Part shown: in pieces, positions 1 through 8,904 of the stretch | Position numbering within the stretch: position 1 is the stretch's first letter | Layout of the letters: every line of letters starts with the position of its first letter | Source of the DNA: Bacillota bacterium | Lineage (GTDB): Bacteria > Bacillota > Clostridia > Christensenellales > UBA1242 | Direction: 5' to 3' | Assembly (NCBI GenBank): GCA_009784665.1 | Contig: WRBH01000001.1 | Coordinates: forward strand, 73,267-123,268 | Length of the DNA: 50,002 nucleotides | Notes under the pieces: model-generated | Seen by the model: only the letters and a program-made list of their open reading frames with translations | What the model was told of the DNA's origin: nothing | Databases searched by the model: none | Program-made: the position numbers and the translations under genes

Positions 1-57
1 TTTTCATAATACAATATAGCACATCGAAAAATCCAAAATCAAGTTTTTGTGTCAGTT

Positions 58-357
58 TTAAAGAGGTAGAGTTTCTTCGCGTAGTTTAGTGACTTGAGTT
101 AGGGCTTCGTTGATAGCGGCGATAACCAAATCTTCCATCATTTCAACATCGTCGGGGTCGACAGCCTCGGGCTTGATTTTAAGGTTTAGTAATTCATATG
201 CCCCGCTCATCTCTACCGAAACCATACCACCGCCAGACGATGCCTCGATTAGAGTTTCTGCCAAGTCTGCCTTGGCTTGCTCTAACTGCTTTTGCATAGC
301 TTGCGCCTGTTTCATCATTTGCTGCATGTTTGCGGTACCTGCACCAGGGAACTTCAT
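58..357 (-). CDS. ybaB: YbaB/EbfC nucleoid-associated protein
   Basis: MQQMMKQAQAMQ...SSGGGMVSVEMSG...DPDDVEMMEDLVIAAINEA signature; GGAGG SD; downstream of dnaX. Confidence 0.95.
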   Translation of the reverse strand: MKFPGAGTANMQQMMKQAQAMQKQLEQAKADLAETLIEASSGGGMVSVEMSGAYELLNLKIKPEAVDPDDVEMMEDLVIAAINEALTQVTKLREETLPL

Positions 358-402
358 AATTAACCTCCTATATCCCTATAAGGGTACCAGAATCGGGCAG
401 TA

Positions 403-431
403 TTGACAAGTCAAAGAATTTGAGGTATAAT
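403..431 (+). promoter_or_regulatory. Consensus sigmaA promoter, leaderless
   Basis: TTGACA(403-408)-17 nt-TATAAT(426-431), ATG 6 nt later at 438. Confidence 0.8.
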
Positions 432-437
432 CCTTTC

Positions 438-740
438 ATGGAAAATATAGAAAATGTTGACGAATACCTCCTTGCCCACGCAGACCAGTTTGCCAGTGTC
501 GGTTTGGACATTAACAGAGCTCTCGAGCTTAATCATCTTATCCAGCACCAGTATATGTTGCACAGAATATCAGGAGAGATGCTTAAGAATAATACGGCTG
601 AGCTCACAACAATGATTGAACAAGCAATGACGCGTGCTGTAACAAAAGACTTCATCCATGAAGACGAAGAATCCGAGAAGCTAAGAGAGTTTGCATTCAA
701 AAACCATCCATTTTTTGAACAAGTCAAATCCTACCTTTAA
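438..740 (+). CDS. Hypothetical acidic helical protein
   Basis: ORF with start reassigned to ATG 438 behind a consensus promoter; no family recognised. Confidence 0.7.
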   Translation: MENIENVDEYLLAHADQFASVGLDINRALELNHLIQHQYMLHRISGEMLKNNTAELTTMIEQAMTRAVTKDFIHEDEESEKLREFAFKNHPFFEQVKSYL

Positions 741-1044
741 CCGATAATTTCTCGCCGAATATTTTGCGTAAATATTCAGTTTTAGGATTTTTTATCGCAT
801 TTTTTTTAGGGGGCTGGATTTCAATTTCAGGGGGGAGTTTTCTTTTGTGTTTTTGTAACATATCATAAGCGGTTTGATCTTTCGCGAACACTAGGATTTG
901 TTCTTTGTCAAAGTATGTATCTACTTGATTAGCAAGCAGGTTGTATAACATATAGTCCTTTTTCTCCCGCAGCCTCTTGGTAAGATTACCATATACCGCG
1001 TGCAGATCAGGAGCCATTGATATTATATCGAACTCTTCTTCCAT
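724..1044 (-). CDS. Probable stand-alone DnaX (tau) C-terminal domain
   Basis: Ends ...EYLRKIFGEKLSVK, like Firmicute DnaX C-termini; lies between the short dnaX and ybaB; AAGGAG SD. Confidence 0.55.
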   Translation of the reverse strand: MEEEFDIISMAPDLHAVYGNLTKRLREKKDYMLYNLLANQVDTYFDKEQILVFAKDQTAYDMLQKHKRKLPPEIEIQPPKKNAIKNPKTEYLRKIFGEKLSVKGRI

Positions 1045-1442
1045 GTCAGCTCCTTTATTTGTTTTCTTAAATTGGCCACAGGCAGAAACAAGTCAGGGGG
1101 AAAATCCCCCCATCTGTGCCACTCCCAACCCTCGCATTTATGGGGCTCTTTGGTTTCAACAACACCACTGTCTAGTTGAGCGGTCAGGGATATCGTAACA
1201 TAATGCCTGCCAATGCTTTCAAAAAGATCATTGGTTACGCCTGCGACCGAAATATTTTTCAGGGTTATGCCTGCCTCCTCCATTGCCTCGCGTTTGGCAC
1301 ATTCCTCAAAATTCTCACCATATTCTAAATGTCCGCCCGGCGGAGCGTATTCACCATCTCCATGAGCATTTTTCCTTTTTCCTAATAAAATCTCGTCCTT
1401 GTCATTAAATATATAAACAGCTATCCCTATTCTTTGTATCAT
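1023..1442 (-). CDS. Nudix hydrolase (NUDT15/MutT-like)
   Basis: Nudix box GGHLEYGENFEECAKREAMEEAG; EPHKCEGWEW; ATG overlaps upstream TAA. Confidence 0.92.
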   Translation of the reverse strand: MIQRIGIAVYIFNDKDEILLGKRKNAHGDGEYAPPGGHLEYGENFEECAKREAMEEAGITLKNISVAGVTNDLFESIGRHYVTISLTAQLDSGVVETKEPHKCEGWEWHRWGDFPPDLFLPVANLRKQIKELTWKKSSI

Positions 1443-1849
1443 TAAACCCTCCACGATACAACGGTGGCTACTGCCCTTGCACTTGTGAAATTTAGGCGGA
1501 CAGAAATTCGGCCTGCCTCGAATTCATCAAGGTCAACCCGCTGTGGCACAAGAAATCCACTTGTTATGTCAAGGGCCTTTCTTGTATCGCCCTGCGTGAT
1601 TACAAGCTCAACTTCACCCTGTGTATTGAAGCTGGATACCATAAACATATCAAGGCCTGCTTGTGTAATATTAAATGTTCGAGTCAGCCTGCCGTTGACA
1701 CTTGCCGCGGTTATTGTCCAAACCCCGTTGCTCTCGTTGTGGTTTAGGTTACTGGAACTGCCGGAAAATGATGTAGTATAACATCCCGTCAATATAAGAA
1801 CGGGAACAGTTAATACCAAAGCAAACGCTGCAAAAAATAATTTTTTCAT
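1442..1849 (-). CDS. Lipoprotein, beta-rich, unknown function
   Basis: MKK + hydrophobic stretch + LTGC lipobox. Confidence 0.8.
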   Translation of the reverse strand: MKKLFFAAFALVLTVPVLILTGCYTTSFSGSSSNLNHNESNGVWTITAASVNGRLTRTFNITQAGLDMFMVSSFNTQGEVELVITQGDTRKALDITSGFLVPQRVDLDEFEAGRISVRLNFTSARAVATVVSWRV

Positions 1850-1852
1850 ATT

Positions 1853-2797
1853 CTATTGTAACGCAAGAATGCATGCTCCGTCAAACATTGATTGCGGGTT
1901 CAGGGCAGTTTTTATTGCCATCTCCAGCTCTGCAAATACTTTATAGGTATCCAATATTTGCTTACTTGGATTCTGGAGAAACCTTGTCTTTATCATCTTC
2001 TGGATATCAACGATCACCGTATTAAGTGTAACAGAGGACGAAGCAATGGTCTTTAATGTCTTGTCCAAAGTTTTTGTATCTCTGGTAAATATAGCGTCAA
2101 GCAGACTCTCAAGCAGCTTGATATCCAACTTGCCTAACACAGCTACCACATCGATCTCGCTTGGATTTTGGGAATATGCAATTACAGCCTCTGCGGTGGA
2201 TAGGGCGTCCCTGACCGAACCGTTTCCCGCCTCAGAGATCAGCCTAATAGCCTCTGGCGTTGCAATAACCCCTTCCTTTTTAAATATGGAAGTCAATTGT
2301 TTGACCAGCAACTCCACCGGCACAGGCCGCACATCAAACCTAAGAACACGAGATAGAATAGTTTTTGGCAACTTGTTCGGTTCAGTTGTAGCCAAAATAA
2401 AGATTACATGAGGCAAAGGCTCCTCTAGGGTTTTTAAGAACGCGTTGAAAGAGCTGTTAGAAAACATGTGAACTTCGTCGATGATATAGACCTTGTATTT
2501 GGAATAAGTTGGTGGATATTTCGTTTTTTCGATTAAATCTCGAACATCTTCGACCCTGTTATTAGACGCAGCATCAATTTCGATTATATCAATACCATCC
2601 GCAAGTGGGTTATCGCCTGTTACCAATCGTGCAAAAATTTTGGCGATACTTGTTTTTCCTGTTCCTCGCGTTCCGCATAATAGATAAGCATGGCTAATCC
2701 CACCAGCTTTGATTTGGTTTTGTAGAGTTCTGACTATATGGTCTTGGCCAATGACTTCTGTAAATTTTTTCGGACGATATTTTCGATAAAGTGACAT
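1853..2797 (-). CDS. dnaX: DNA polymerase III clamp-loader subunit, gamma-length (314 aa)
   Basis: LYRKYRP, GTRGTGKT, IDAASN, IIDEVHM, LKTLEEP motifs; ends after the collar domain. Confidence 0.95.
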   Translation of the reverse strand: MSLYRKYRPKKFTEVIGQDHIVRTLQNQIKAGGISHAYLLCGTRGTGKTSIAKIFARLVTGDNPLADGIDIIEIDAASNNRVEDVRDLIEKTKYPPTYSKYKVYIIDEVHMFSNSSFNAFLKTLEEPLPHVIFILATTEPNKLPKTILSRVLRFDVRPVPVELLVKQLTSIFKKEGVIATPEAIRLISEAGNGSVRDALSTAEAVIAYSQNPSEIDVVAVLGKLDIKLLESLLDAIFTRDTKTLDKTLKTIASSSVTLNTVIVDIQKMIKTRFLQNPSKQILDTYKVFAELEMAIKTALNPQSMFDGACILALQ

Positions 2798-2798
2798 G

Positions 2799-3002
2799 CT
2801 ACCAGTTTACCCTAGTAAACATGATTATGGCAAACAGAACAAAGACAATTGCCGCATCAAACACTGCCCGGCGGGGCAAGGATTTGTAAACCCAGAACGC
2901 AATTACGCAAACTATGAGCACCAGCTTTATTACGAATAGTGCCAATGCCTGCGACAAAATAAAAGCCACGACTAAATATATTCGCGGCTCTTGTTTCGTT
3001 AT
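2799..3002 (-). CDS. Small hydrophobic ORF (67 codons), possible YabQ-like fragment
   Basis: Manual translation ITKQEPRIYLVVAFILSQALALFVIKLVLIVCVIAFWVYKSLPRRAVFDAAIVFVLFAIIMFTRVNW*; fills the gap; first codon ATA, first GTG at codon 12. Confidence 0.4.
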   Translation of the reverse strand: MTKQEPRIYLVVAFILSQALALFVIKLVLIVCVIAFWVYKSLPRRAVFDAAIVFVLFAIIMFTRVNW

Positions 3003-3014
3003 TCAAGTTGTTAT

Positions 3015-3323
3015 TTAAATTGCTGCTTCTTGCTGGGTGAAGAATTCTAATGCACCTGCTTGCTCTTCAGTAGTTAATTCTGTTTCGAATGGGCTTGGTG
3101 TAAAGTTTGCCACAAGCATCGCGTTTTTGTGTGTCGCTGTAGCATTTTTCCTTTTCTCTACTCTTTTAAGGAAAGCGTCTGTCCCTTTTTCCCTATTTTG
3201 TTCGAATTTGCCTACTTTGGTCTCTGGCTTTGTACCAGTTCCCAGTGCCTGCTGTATTCCCTGAACCATCATTTCCTCGCCGACTTGCTCAAAGAAGTCC
3301 GCGTGTTGTACACTTTCCATCAT
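3015..3323 (-). CDS. Hypothetical protein
   Basis: AAGGAGG SD and consensus promoter upstream. Confidence 0.75.
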   Translation of the reverse strand: MMESVQHADFFEQVGEEMMVQGIQQALGTGTKPETKVGKFEQNREKGTDAFLKRVEKRKNATATHKNAMLVANFTPSPFETELTTEEQAGALEFFTQQEAAI

Positions 3324-3356
3324 TATTTCCTCCTTAAAGATTTTTAGAATACCCGT

Positions 3357-3385
3357 ATTATACAGACATAGAACCTTATTGTCAA
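3357..3385 (-). promoter_or_regulatory. Consensus sigmaA promoter
   Basis: TTGACA-17 nt-TATAAT on minus strand. Confidence 0.85.
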
Positions 3386-3419
3386 TACCCCTTTTTATAG
3401 TGAATATTATGAACGGTCG

Positions 3420-3668
3420 TTATTTAAACATGTTCTTAAGCGAGAACTTTCGAGCGTGGGATTTTGTATATCGAATTGAATCAATTTGGCCCGTAATGTC
3501 AAGTAAGCCCTCGGAAATCGACAGATTTTGCACCGACAGGTTTTGGCCTGTTATTATTATCATTGTGCCATCTAGATGGGCGACAACCTGATGAGGTTCG
3601 GTTGTGCGGATTTTTTTTATGCCTGATAACGACAATTCCGCACGATTTGTTAAAGATAGTGTCTGCAT
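3420..3668 (-). CDS. yabP: YabP/YqfC family sporulation protein
   Basis: LSLTNRAELSLSGI...IITGQNLSVQNLSISEGLLDITGQIDSIRY...LKNMFK. Confidence 0.85.
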   Translation of the reverse strand: MQTLSLTNRAELSLSGIKKIRTTEPHQVVAHLDGTMIIITGQNLSVQNLSISEGLLDITGQIDSIRYTKSHARKFSLKNMFK

Positions 3669-3700
3669 GTGATTATATATGTTTATCGCACCTTTGATTG

Positions 3701-4810
3701 TCAATAACCGCCGAAAACGCCCATAAAGTATAATGCGGTGGCAGTTCCAGCAACAACCGCCAAGATGCCCAGAACGACTGCGGCTATTTTTGCACCAGAT
3801 TTTGGGTAACGACCGACAACCTTGCCTGATTCACCATTTATATAAAATTGATATGTTTTGTCCTTGTATCTGTAATTATTTATATAAATCGGCAACATAA
3901 CATAGTTAAATCTCCTGTCAAGATATTGAGTATTAACATGTAACGACCCAACACGATCTGCCCGATATTTGCGAACAATCATGTTGCTAATGTCTCTCCG
4001 TACAAAGTTCGCGAATTCTTGGAAACATTGATCGAGCGTTTTGCTGTAGTGTTCGGCCACAATCCCACTCAGGAATTCTTGGCGATAGACCTTTAGCTGG
4101 GTCATATTAAATGGGCGAATTCTGTTGAAGTTTACCGGTGCGATACGCTCGCCCGCCTGGAAGAGTTGGTCGAGGTATTCTTTATGCATTGTTCCTCTGA
4201 CACGAAACCATCGTGTTTCGGTAACAGTCCGTGTATTTTGCCCCGAACCCACAGTTCTGGTAACAGTCCTCCCTAGAGTACCATTATAGTTGTTTTGTGT
4301 TCTTGAACTGAAGCTCCAAACCGGTGTATAGATTTTTGTAAACTCTTTGGAAACATTTGTCCGCTTTAGAGACCCTGGAGCAAAAAATCGCTTCTTTAAC
4401 CATTGCTTGAAATTCGCCTCTGCCGTTTGTTCAGTAATCCTGAATGGAATCACACTATCGGGCTGTATACCAGGCAGCTCATTAATCTCCCTCACTTGGG
4501 CAGAGCCACAGAAGGCACACTTTCTTGCTATTTCTTTCTTTTCGACGGATTCTTTGGCACCACAGTTTTCACAAGAGAAAACTTTTGCTTCGGTCCACTT
4601 CTTCTGACTTTTCATCATTTCGTCAGTAATTTGACGCCTTTGTACCCGCTCGCCATCTTCTAGATCTCTGGTTGCCCCACAGTGACGACATCGCAATCCT
4701 CCGCTCTCTATATCAAAAAACATTCCCGCACCACAGCCTGGGCACTTGTTTTGGATTGTTGCGACCTCTTGCTCAGTCATTACTTCTTCATGGTGAGTAT
4801 CTTGATTCAT
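3701..4810 (-). CDS. Double zinc-ribbon protein with C-terminal membrane anchor
   Basis: CPGCG/CRHCG and CENCGA/CAFCGS; PDSVIPF, LPIY, INGESGKVVG; C-terminal TM. Confidence 0.8.
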   Translation of the reverse strand: MNQDTHHEEVMTEQEVATIQNKCPGCGAGMFFDIESGGLRCRHCGATRDLEDGERVQRRQITDEMMKSQKKWTEAKVFSCENCGAKESVEKKEIARKCAFCGSAQVREINELPGIQPDSVIPFRITEQTAEANFKQWLKKRFFAPGSLKRTNVSKEFTKIYTPVWSFSSRTQNNYNGTLGRTVTRTVGSGQNTRTVTETRWFRVRGTMHKEYLDQLFQAGERIAPVNFNRIRPFNMTQLKVYRQEFLSGIVAEHYSKTLDQCFQEFANFVRRDISNMIVRKYRADRVGSLHVNTQYLDRRFNYVMLPIYINNYRYKDKTYQFYINGESGKVVGRYPKSGAKIAAVVLGILAVVAGTATALYFMGVFGGY

Positions 4811-4863
4811 ATGTTGATGATAGCACTTGTTGACAATCTTGGCAAACTGTATTACTATCCATT

Positions 4864-5439
4864 ATGGATAATCAGATTAAAATTGTTGTCATAGAGGGCC
4901 CCAGTGGGGCGGGTAAAGATACATTGATACGCCAGCTTATCGAATTGCATCCCGATACTTATGTTAAAATGCCGTCAATAACTGACAGACCAATGAGAAA
5001 AGATGAAACCCAGGGCAACCCTTATTTTCATGTAACTAAAGAGGAGTTTGAGGCAAAAATTAAGTCAGGTGAGGTATTCGAGTACACAGTTTCTTCACGA
5101 GATGGAAGATATCGTGGGATGAACAAAAAGATAATTGATGATATTCTGGCGACAGATAAAATTCAAATTAAGGACTGTGATTGGGTTGGGATAGAAGCAC
5201 TCCGACGGATATATCCAGGAAAGGTATTGGCTATATGCTTGCATGTCCCGAAAGAAGAAATCGCAAAACGATTGTTAGAGCGTGGAGGCGACCCTAAGGA
5301 TATAGAAAACCGCCTGAATGATTACGACGAGTACGCACAAAAGATAGCCAAATACTGTGACATAATCATCGATAATATTAAGCTGTCCGATTGTGCCCGT
5401 TCGATTCACAACATAATTACTTATAACTATATTTCATAA
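4864..5439 (+). CDS. gmk: Guanylate kinase family protein
   Basis: GPSGAGKDT P-loop, TDRPMRKDETQGNPYFHV; TTGACA(4830)-17-TACTAT-5-ATG. Confidence 0.85.
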   Translation: MDNQIKIVVIEGPSGAGKDTLIRQLIELHPDTYVKMPSITDRPMRKDETQGNPYFHVTKEEFEAKIKSGEVFEYTVSSRDGRYRGMNKKIIDDILATDKIQIKDCDWVGIEALRRIYPGKVLAICLHVPKEEIAKRLLERGGDPKDIENRLNDYDEYAQKIAKYCDIIIDNIKLSDCARSIHNIITYNYIS

Positions 5440-6414
5440 TTACCTGTCCAGTTGTCCTTCTATGTCTGCGATGATGGCATCATCCTTTGCTATTATTCTT
5501 GAAGCTTTTTTCTCGGCTCCTGTTTCTTTGAACTGGACAAATGCATTTTTAATTGCCTCAACTTTTGCCGTGAAACTCGCCGAAGCACTTTGACCTAGGC
5601 TCTCCACCATCTCTTTGAGGGTTTTTTTCGAAAGATTAATTGCTTGTTCAACTTTTTCATTTGATTGTTCCAGGTAGGTACTTGCGTTTGTTACTGCTCC
5701 CTCTTTTTCGGCTATTTTCCCGGATATCTCTCCAGTTTTCTCGCTAGCCGTTTCTACTTCTTTCTCTGCCTTAAGTATTTCTTGAGTTGTTACTTGTGTT
5801 GCTTTTGCAATAGCGATTAGGTGTGTTGTTCTCGCGTTGATTGCCTGCAAATCTTCTATCGACGCATCTTCACTTGTCAGAGTTCCTTCTTGGCCTTTCA
5901 AGGCATCCCTTAAATCTCCTGCTGCCATTTTCTGAGAATCTAACCTAGACTTGTGCACGGCCTCCTTTCCTGCGGCTTTGCCAAGTTTTTTTTCACTGAG
6001 CTTCAACTGTGGGTTCAATATCAAACCAGACAAAAGTTCGTCTATCTTCGCATAGAACTTGGCCAGCTTTGCTGACACATTTCCACCTAGGCCTGTGGAA
6101 AGCTCTTTTCCTGCGGCAAACATTTCTGTGGTCGCATCAGCTACATTTTCTTTGCAGGTTACCGAGGTTTGAACACATTCACCGTAATTTAATGCGGAAG
6201 TCTTCTTTGCTTCTTTTGCTGCGTCAAGCTTTCCCGAGGCCTCTCCTCGTTCAACATACACTTCGTCAAGCTTTTCTCTGAGGGCTACCTCTTCGGTGCC
6301 TTGCTCGAGTGCTGCCATTGTTTTCTCCAGCAATTCAAGTAACTGTTTATTTTCTTTGATCTTGTCAGCACATTTCGCCCTATTCAGCACCTCTTTGTTT
6401 TTCATATCGCTCAT
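5440..6414 (-). CDS. Coiled-coil protein, paralog A
   Basis: All-helical Ala/Glu/Lys-rich; colinear with 6473..7453; AAAGGAGG SD. Confidence 0.85.
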   Translation of the reverse strand: MSDMKNKEVLNRAKCADKIKENKQLLELLEKTMAALEQGTEEVALREKLDEVYVERGEASGKLDAAKEAKKTSALNYGECVQTSVTCKENVADATTEMFAAGKELSTGLGGNVSAKLAKFYAKIDELLSGLILNPQLKLSEKKLGKAAGKEAVHKSRLDSQKMAAGDLRDALKGQEGTLTSEDASIEDLQAINARTTHLIAIAKATQVTTQEILKAEKEVETASEKTGEISGKIAEKEGAVTNASTYLEQSNEKVEQAINLSKKTLKEMVESLGQSASASFTAKVEAIKNAFVQFKETGAEKKASRIIAKDDAIIADIEGQLDR

Positions 6415-6433
6415 AACTACCTCCTTTATTCAA

Positions 6434-6462
6434 ATAATAGTATAAAGTCTAGTTATTGTCAA
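6434..6462 (-). promoter_or_regulatory. sigmaA promoter of paralog A
   Basis: TTGACA-17 nt-TATTAT. Confidence 0.7.
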
Positions 6463-6472
6463 TTACATTTAA

Positions 6473-7453
6473 TTACATACTGTCTATTTCGCCTTCAAGT
6501 GCCTCAAGCATCGCGTCGTCTTTGGCTATTGTTTGGGTGGCTTTTTTCATAGTCATCCCTGTTTTAACATTTACAATCGATTTCTTTACACCACCGGCCA
6601 TCTTGTCAAAGGTTGCGGAAACTGCTGGACCGATACTGCCAAACATATCAGTGACTGACCCCTTTGTTTGACCAGCGACCTCGTCAAGATATTGGTTAGA
6701 ATCGGATAGGTAGCTTTCTGCTGCACTAACTTTTTCCTCTTTCCCTGTTTTAATGTCGTATAGTCCTTCGACCCTTGTGTTGGTTTGGTCTTTCTGCATC
6801 TCGGTCTGAGCCATTTCCGCTACTGTTTCTTGAACAAGTGTTTCTAAATAGGTTAGGGCCTTTTTTCTGTTAAGAGCTGCCTCGAACGATTCTTCCGATG
6901 ACCCCACCGAAAGAGAGTTTACTTGGTGGTGCAATAACGCCCCTGTTTCATCCGCGGCCGTTTCATACTTGGCAAGGGTGTCCTCTTGACCTTGCTGCTG
7001 CATCACAATTTTGCCAAGCTTTTTCTCGCCCTGGTTTATTTGTGGTGTTAATACAAGATTCGATATTTTCGCATCAATTGCTGCCAAAAATTTTGCGACC
7101 TTGGCCGATGCGTTACTGCCCAGAGTTTGCAGAAACTCCTTGAACGAAGTAAACATGGAGGTTCTTGCCCCTGCCATAGTCTTGCTGCATTCTTCTGCCT
7201 GGGATGCACATTTTGTGTATTCCCTTGCAACTTTTAGTCTTTCTCTGGCCGCATCTCCGCGAGCTCCTTCCGCTTGCTCCCGCTCGTCATATACCTCAGC
7301 AATTTGCTGTCTTATCCCTATCTCCTTTTGGTTTTTAGCGTCTTGTTGATACAATCCCGCAAGGGTTTCCGCTACCTGCTTGATTGTCTCTTTACAAATC
7401 TGATCTTTGTTAAGTAACTCCTCAAGTTGTTGTTTGTTATGAAATTTACTCAC
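6473..7453 (-). CDS. Coiled-coil protein, paralog B
   Basis: Start reassigned to GTG 7453 after AAAGGAGG; 326 aa; shares EVYxERxxAxG, SAKxAKFxAxID, LxLxPQ...EKKLGK and IAKDDA with paralog A. Confidence 0.85.
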   Translation of the reverse strand: MSKFHNKQQLEELLNKDQICKETIKQVAETLAGLYQQDAKNQKEIGIRQQIAEVYDEREQAEGARGDAARERLKVAREYTKCASQAEECSKTMAGARTSMFTSFKEFLQTLGSNASAKVAKFLAAIDAKISNLVLTPQINQGEKKLGKIVMQQQGQEDTLAKYETAADETGALLHHQVNSLSVGSSEESFEAALNRKKALTYLETLVQETVAEMAQTEMQKDQTNTRVEGLYDIKTGKEEKVSAAESYLSDSNQYLDEVAGQTKGSVTDMFGSIGPAVSATFDKMAGGVKKSIVNVKTGMTMKKATQTIAKDDAMLEALEGEIDSM

Positions 7454-7475
7454 GACAACCTCCTTTAATCCTATT

Positions 7476-7504
7476 AATATACAGCAAAGGACAATTATTG
7501 TCAA
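7476..7504 (-). promoter_or_regulatory. sigmaA promoter of paralog B
   Basis: TTGACA-17 nt-TATATT. Confidence 0.7.
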
Positions 7505-7518
7505 TACCCCTCATATCT

Positions 7519-8904
7519 ATGGGGATGGAGACGGCCGAAAGTGCACCCTTAAGTACAAAAACAAAGGTTCTGTATGGTATGGGAGCGTTTGGATATGGGT
7601 CCGTTGGGCAAACTTTGGGATCGTTCCTTATGTTTTTTGGAACAGGCATTTTGGGAATTCCAGGTGCATTAATGGGATTGGCGATTGCATTATCGACCGT
7701 GTGGGACGCGACAACTGATCCGTTTGTTGGATACTTTTCAGACAGGACTAAAAGCCGACGATTCGGCAAGAGGCATGGGTTCTTGTTGGTTGGATGTTTG
7801 GGGGTTGCTGCGTTTAATCTTGTGCTTTGGACGATTTCTCCGACCCTGCCACTTTGGACGAAGTTCTCGCTGATTCTTGGAGTTCTTCTGATATTGGAAA
7901 CTTTTAACACTACTTATTCTACGCCATATCAGGCATTGGGGTTGGATTTATCCAAGAACTATCAAGATCGAACGGCGGTTCAGGGATACAGAACAACCTT
8001 CTCGTTCATGGCCTTGCTGGTGCCGTCGGTATTAATGAGTATTTTCCTGGCTCCTGGGCGATATGGGGATATCTGGAGCAGCTCGCAGGGCTATGTGCAC
8101 ATCGCCCTCGTCACCTCTACACTGTGTGTGATTTGCGGGCTGATTGCCTTTGTGGGGACTTACAAACATCGTCCGGTAAACATAGCAGTTCAAGAAAAAT
8201 CAAGCTCTCGTTCAATCTTTAGTGATTTCTTCTCCGTCTTTCGTCAGAAGAATGTGTCTCGATTGATTGTGGGGTACGCTATCTCACTGAGTGCCGGTGC
8301 CTTTATTACAACTCTTGGGCTTCATATATTCACATACACTTTCCTGTTCTCGACATTAGAGATTCCTTTTATAATGCTGAGTTTGATTTTGGGGATCATT
8401 CTGGGTCAACCTATTTGGTATTTCTTTTCACGCCGCACGGACAAGGTAAATGCCTTGTTGACCGCTTTGGGTGTTGTTTTGATGGGCATGGTGTTTTTCA
8501 GTATTATTTTGGCAGTGCGTAACGAGATTAACCCTGCATTCTTGCTTCCTATTGTTTGTATTACGATCTTTGTCTGTGGTTTGGGAACAGGGTGCTTATA
8601 CAGTTTGCCGATGAGTATGTTTGCCGATTGTGTCGAAATAGAAAAGCAACGCACTGGTGTTGACAAAACAGCGATAAGTGCCGGGTTTTTGACATTTTGC
8701 ATGAAGATCTCAAATGCTTTTATAATGTTCCTTATAGGGGTTACCCTTGATTTGATTGGCTTCCGGGGTAATTTAGCAACACAAAGTATGTCTGTACAAA
8801 ACTGGCTTGGGTGGGTTCTTATAATTGGGGTTGTAACCTCGTGCACAATTGCAATGTTTGTTTATAAAGGATACAGCTACAATAGAAAAGATTTCGAGGA
8901 CTAA
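7519..8904 (+). CDS. MFS transporter, GPH (MelB-like) sugar:cation symporter
   Basis: WDATTDPFVGYFSDRTKSRRFGKRH, SMFADCVE motifs; about 12 TM; start uncertain (7519 or 7525). Confidence 0.9.
   Translation: MGMETAESAPLSTKTKVLYGMGAFGYGSVGQTLGSFLMFFGTGILGIPGALMGLAIALSTVWDATTDPFVGYFSDRTKSRRFGKRHGFLLVGCLGVAAFNLVLWTISPTLPLWTKFSLILGVLLILETFNTTYSTPYQALGLDLSKNYQDRTAVQGYRTTFSFMALLVPSVLMSIFLAPGRYGDIWSSSQGYVHIALVTSTLCVICGLIAFVGTYKHRPVNIAVQEKSSSRSIFSDFFSVFRQKNVSRLIVGYAISLSAGAFITTLGLHIFTYTFLFSTLEIPFIMLSLILGIILGQPIWYFFSRRTDKVNALLTALGVVLMGMVFFSIILAVRNEINPAFLLPIVCITIFVCGLGTGCLYSLPMSMFADCVEIEKQRTGVDKTAISAGFLTFCMKISNAFIMFLIGVTLDLIGFRGNLATQSMSVQNWLGWVLIIGVVTSCTIAMFVYKGYSYNRKDFED

Noticed and set aside
1-7. Start of a minus-strand gene (ATGAAAA) behind TGcTATATT, possibly recR by synteny
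   Set aside because: Only two codons are visible, so identity cannot be supported
2798-3014. SRP RNA (scr/ffs), often found upstream of dnaX in Firmicutes
   Set aside because: No CAGG..GGAA..AGCAG helix-8 motif on either strand; a hydrophobic ORF explains the gap better
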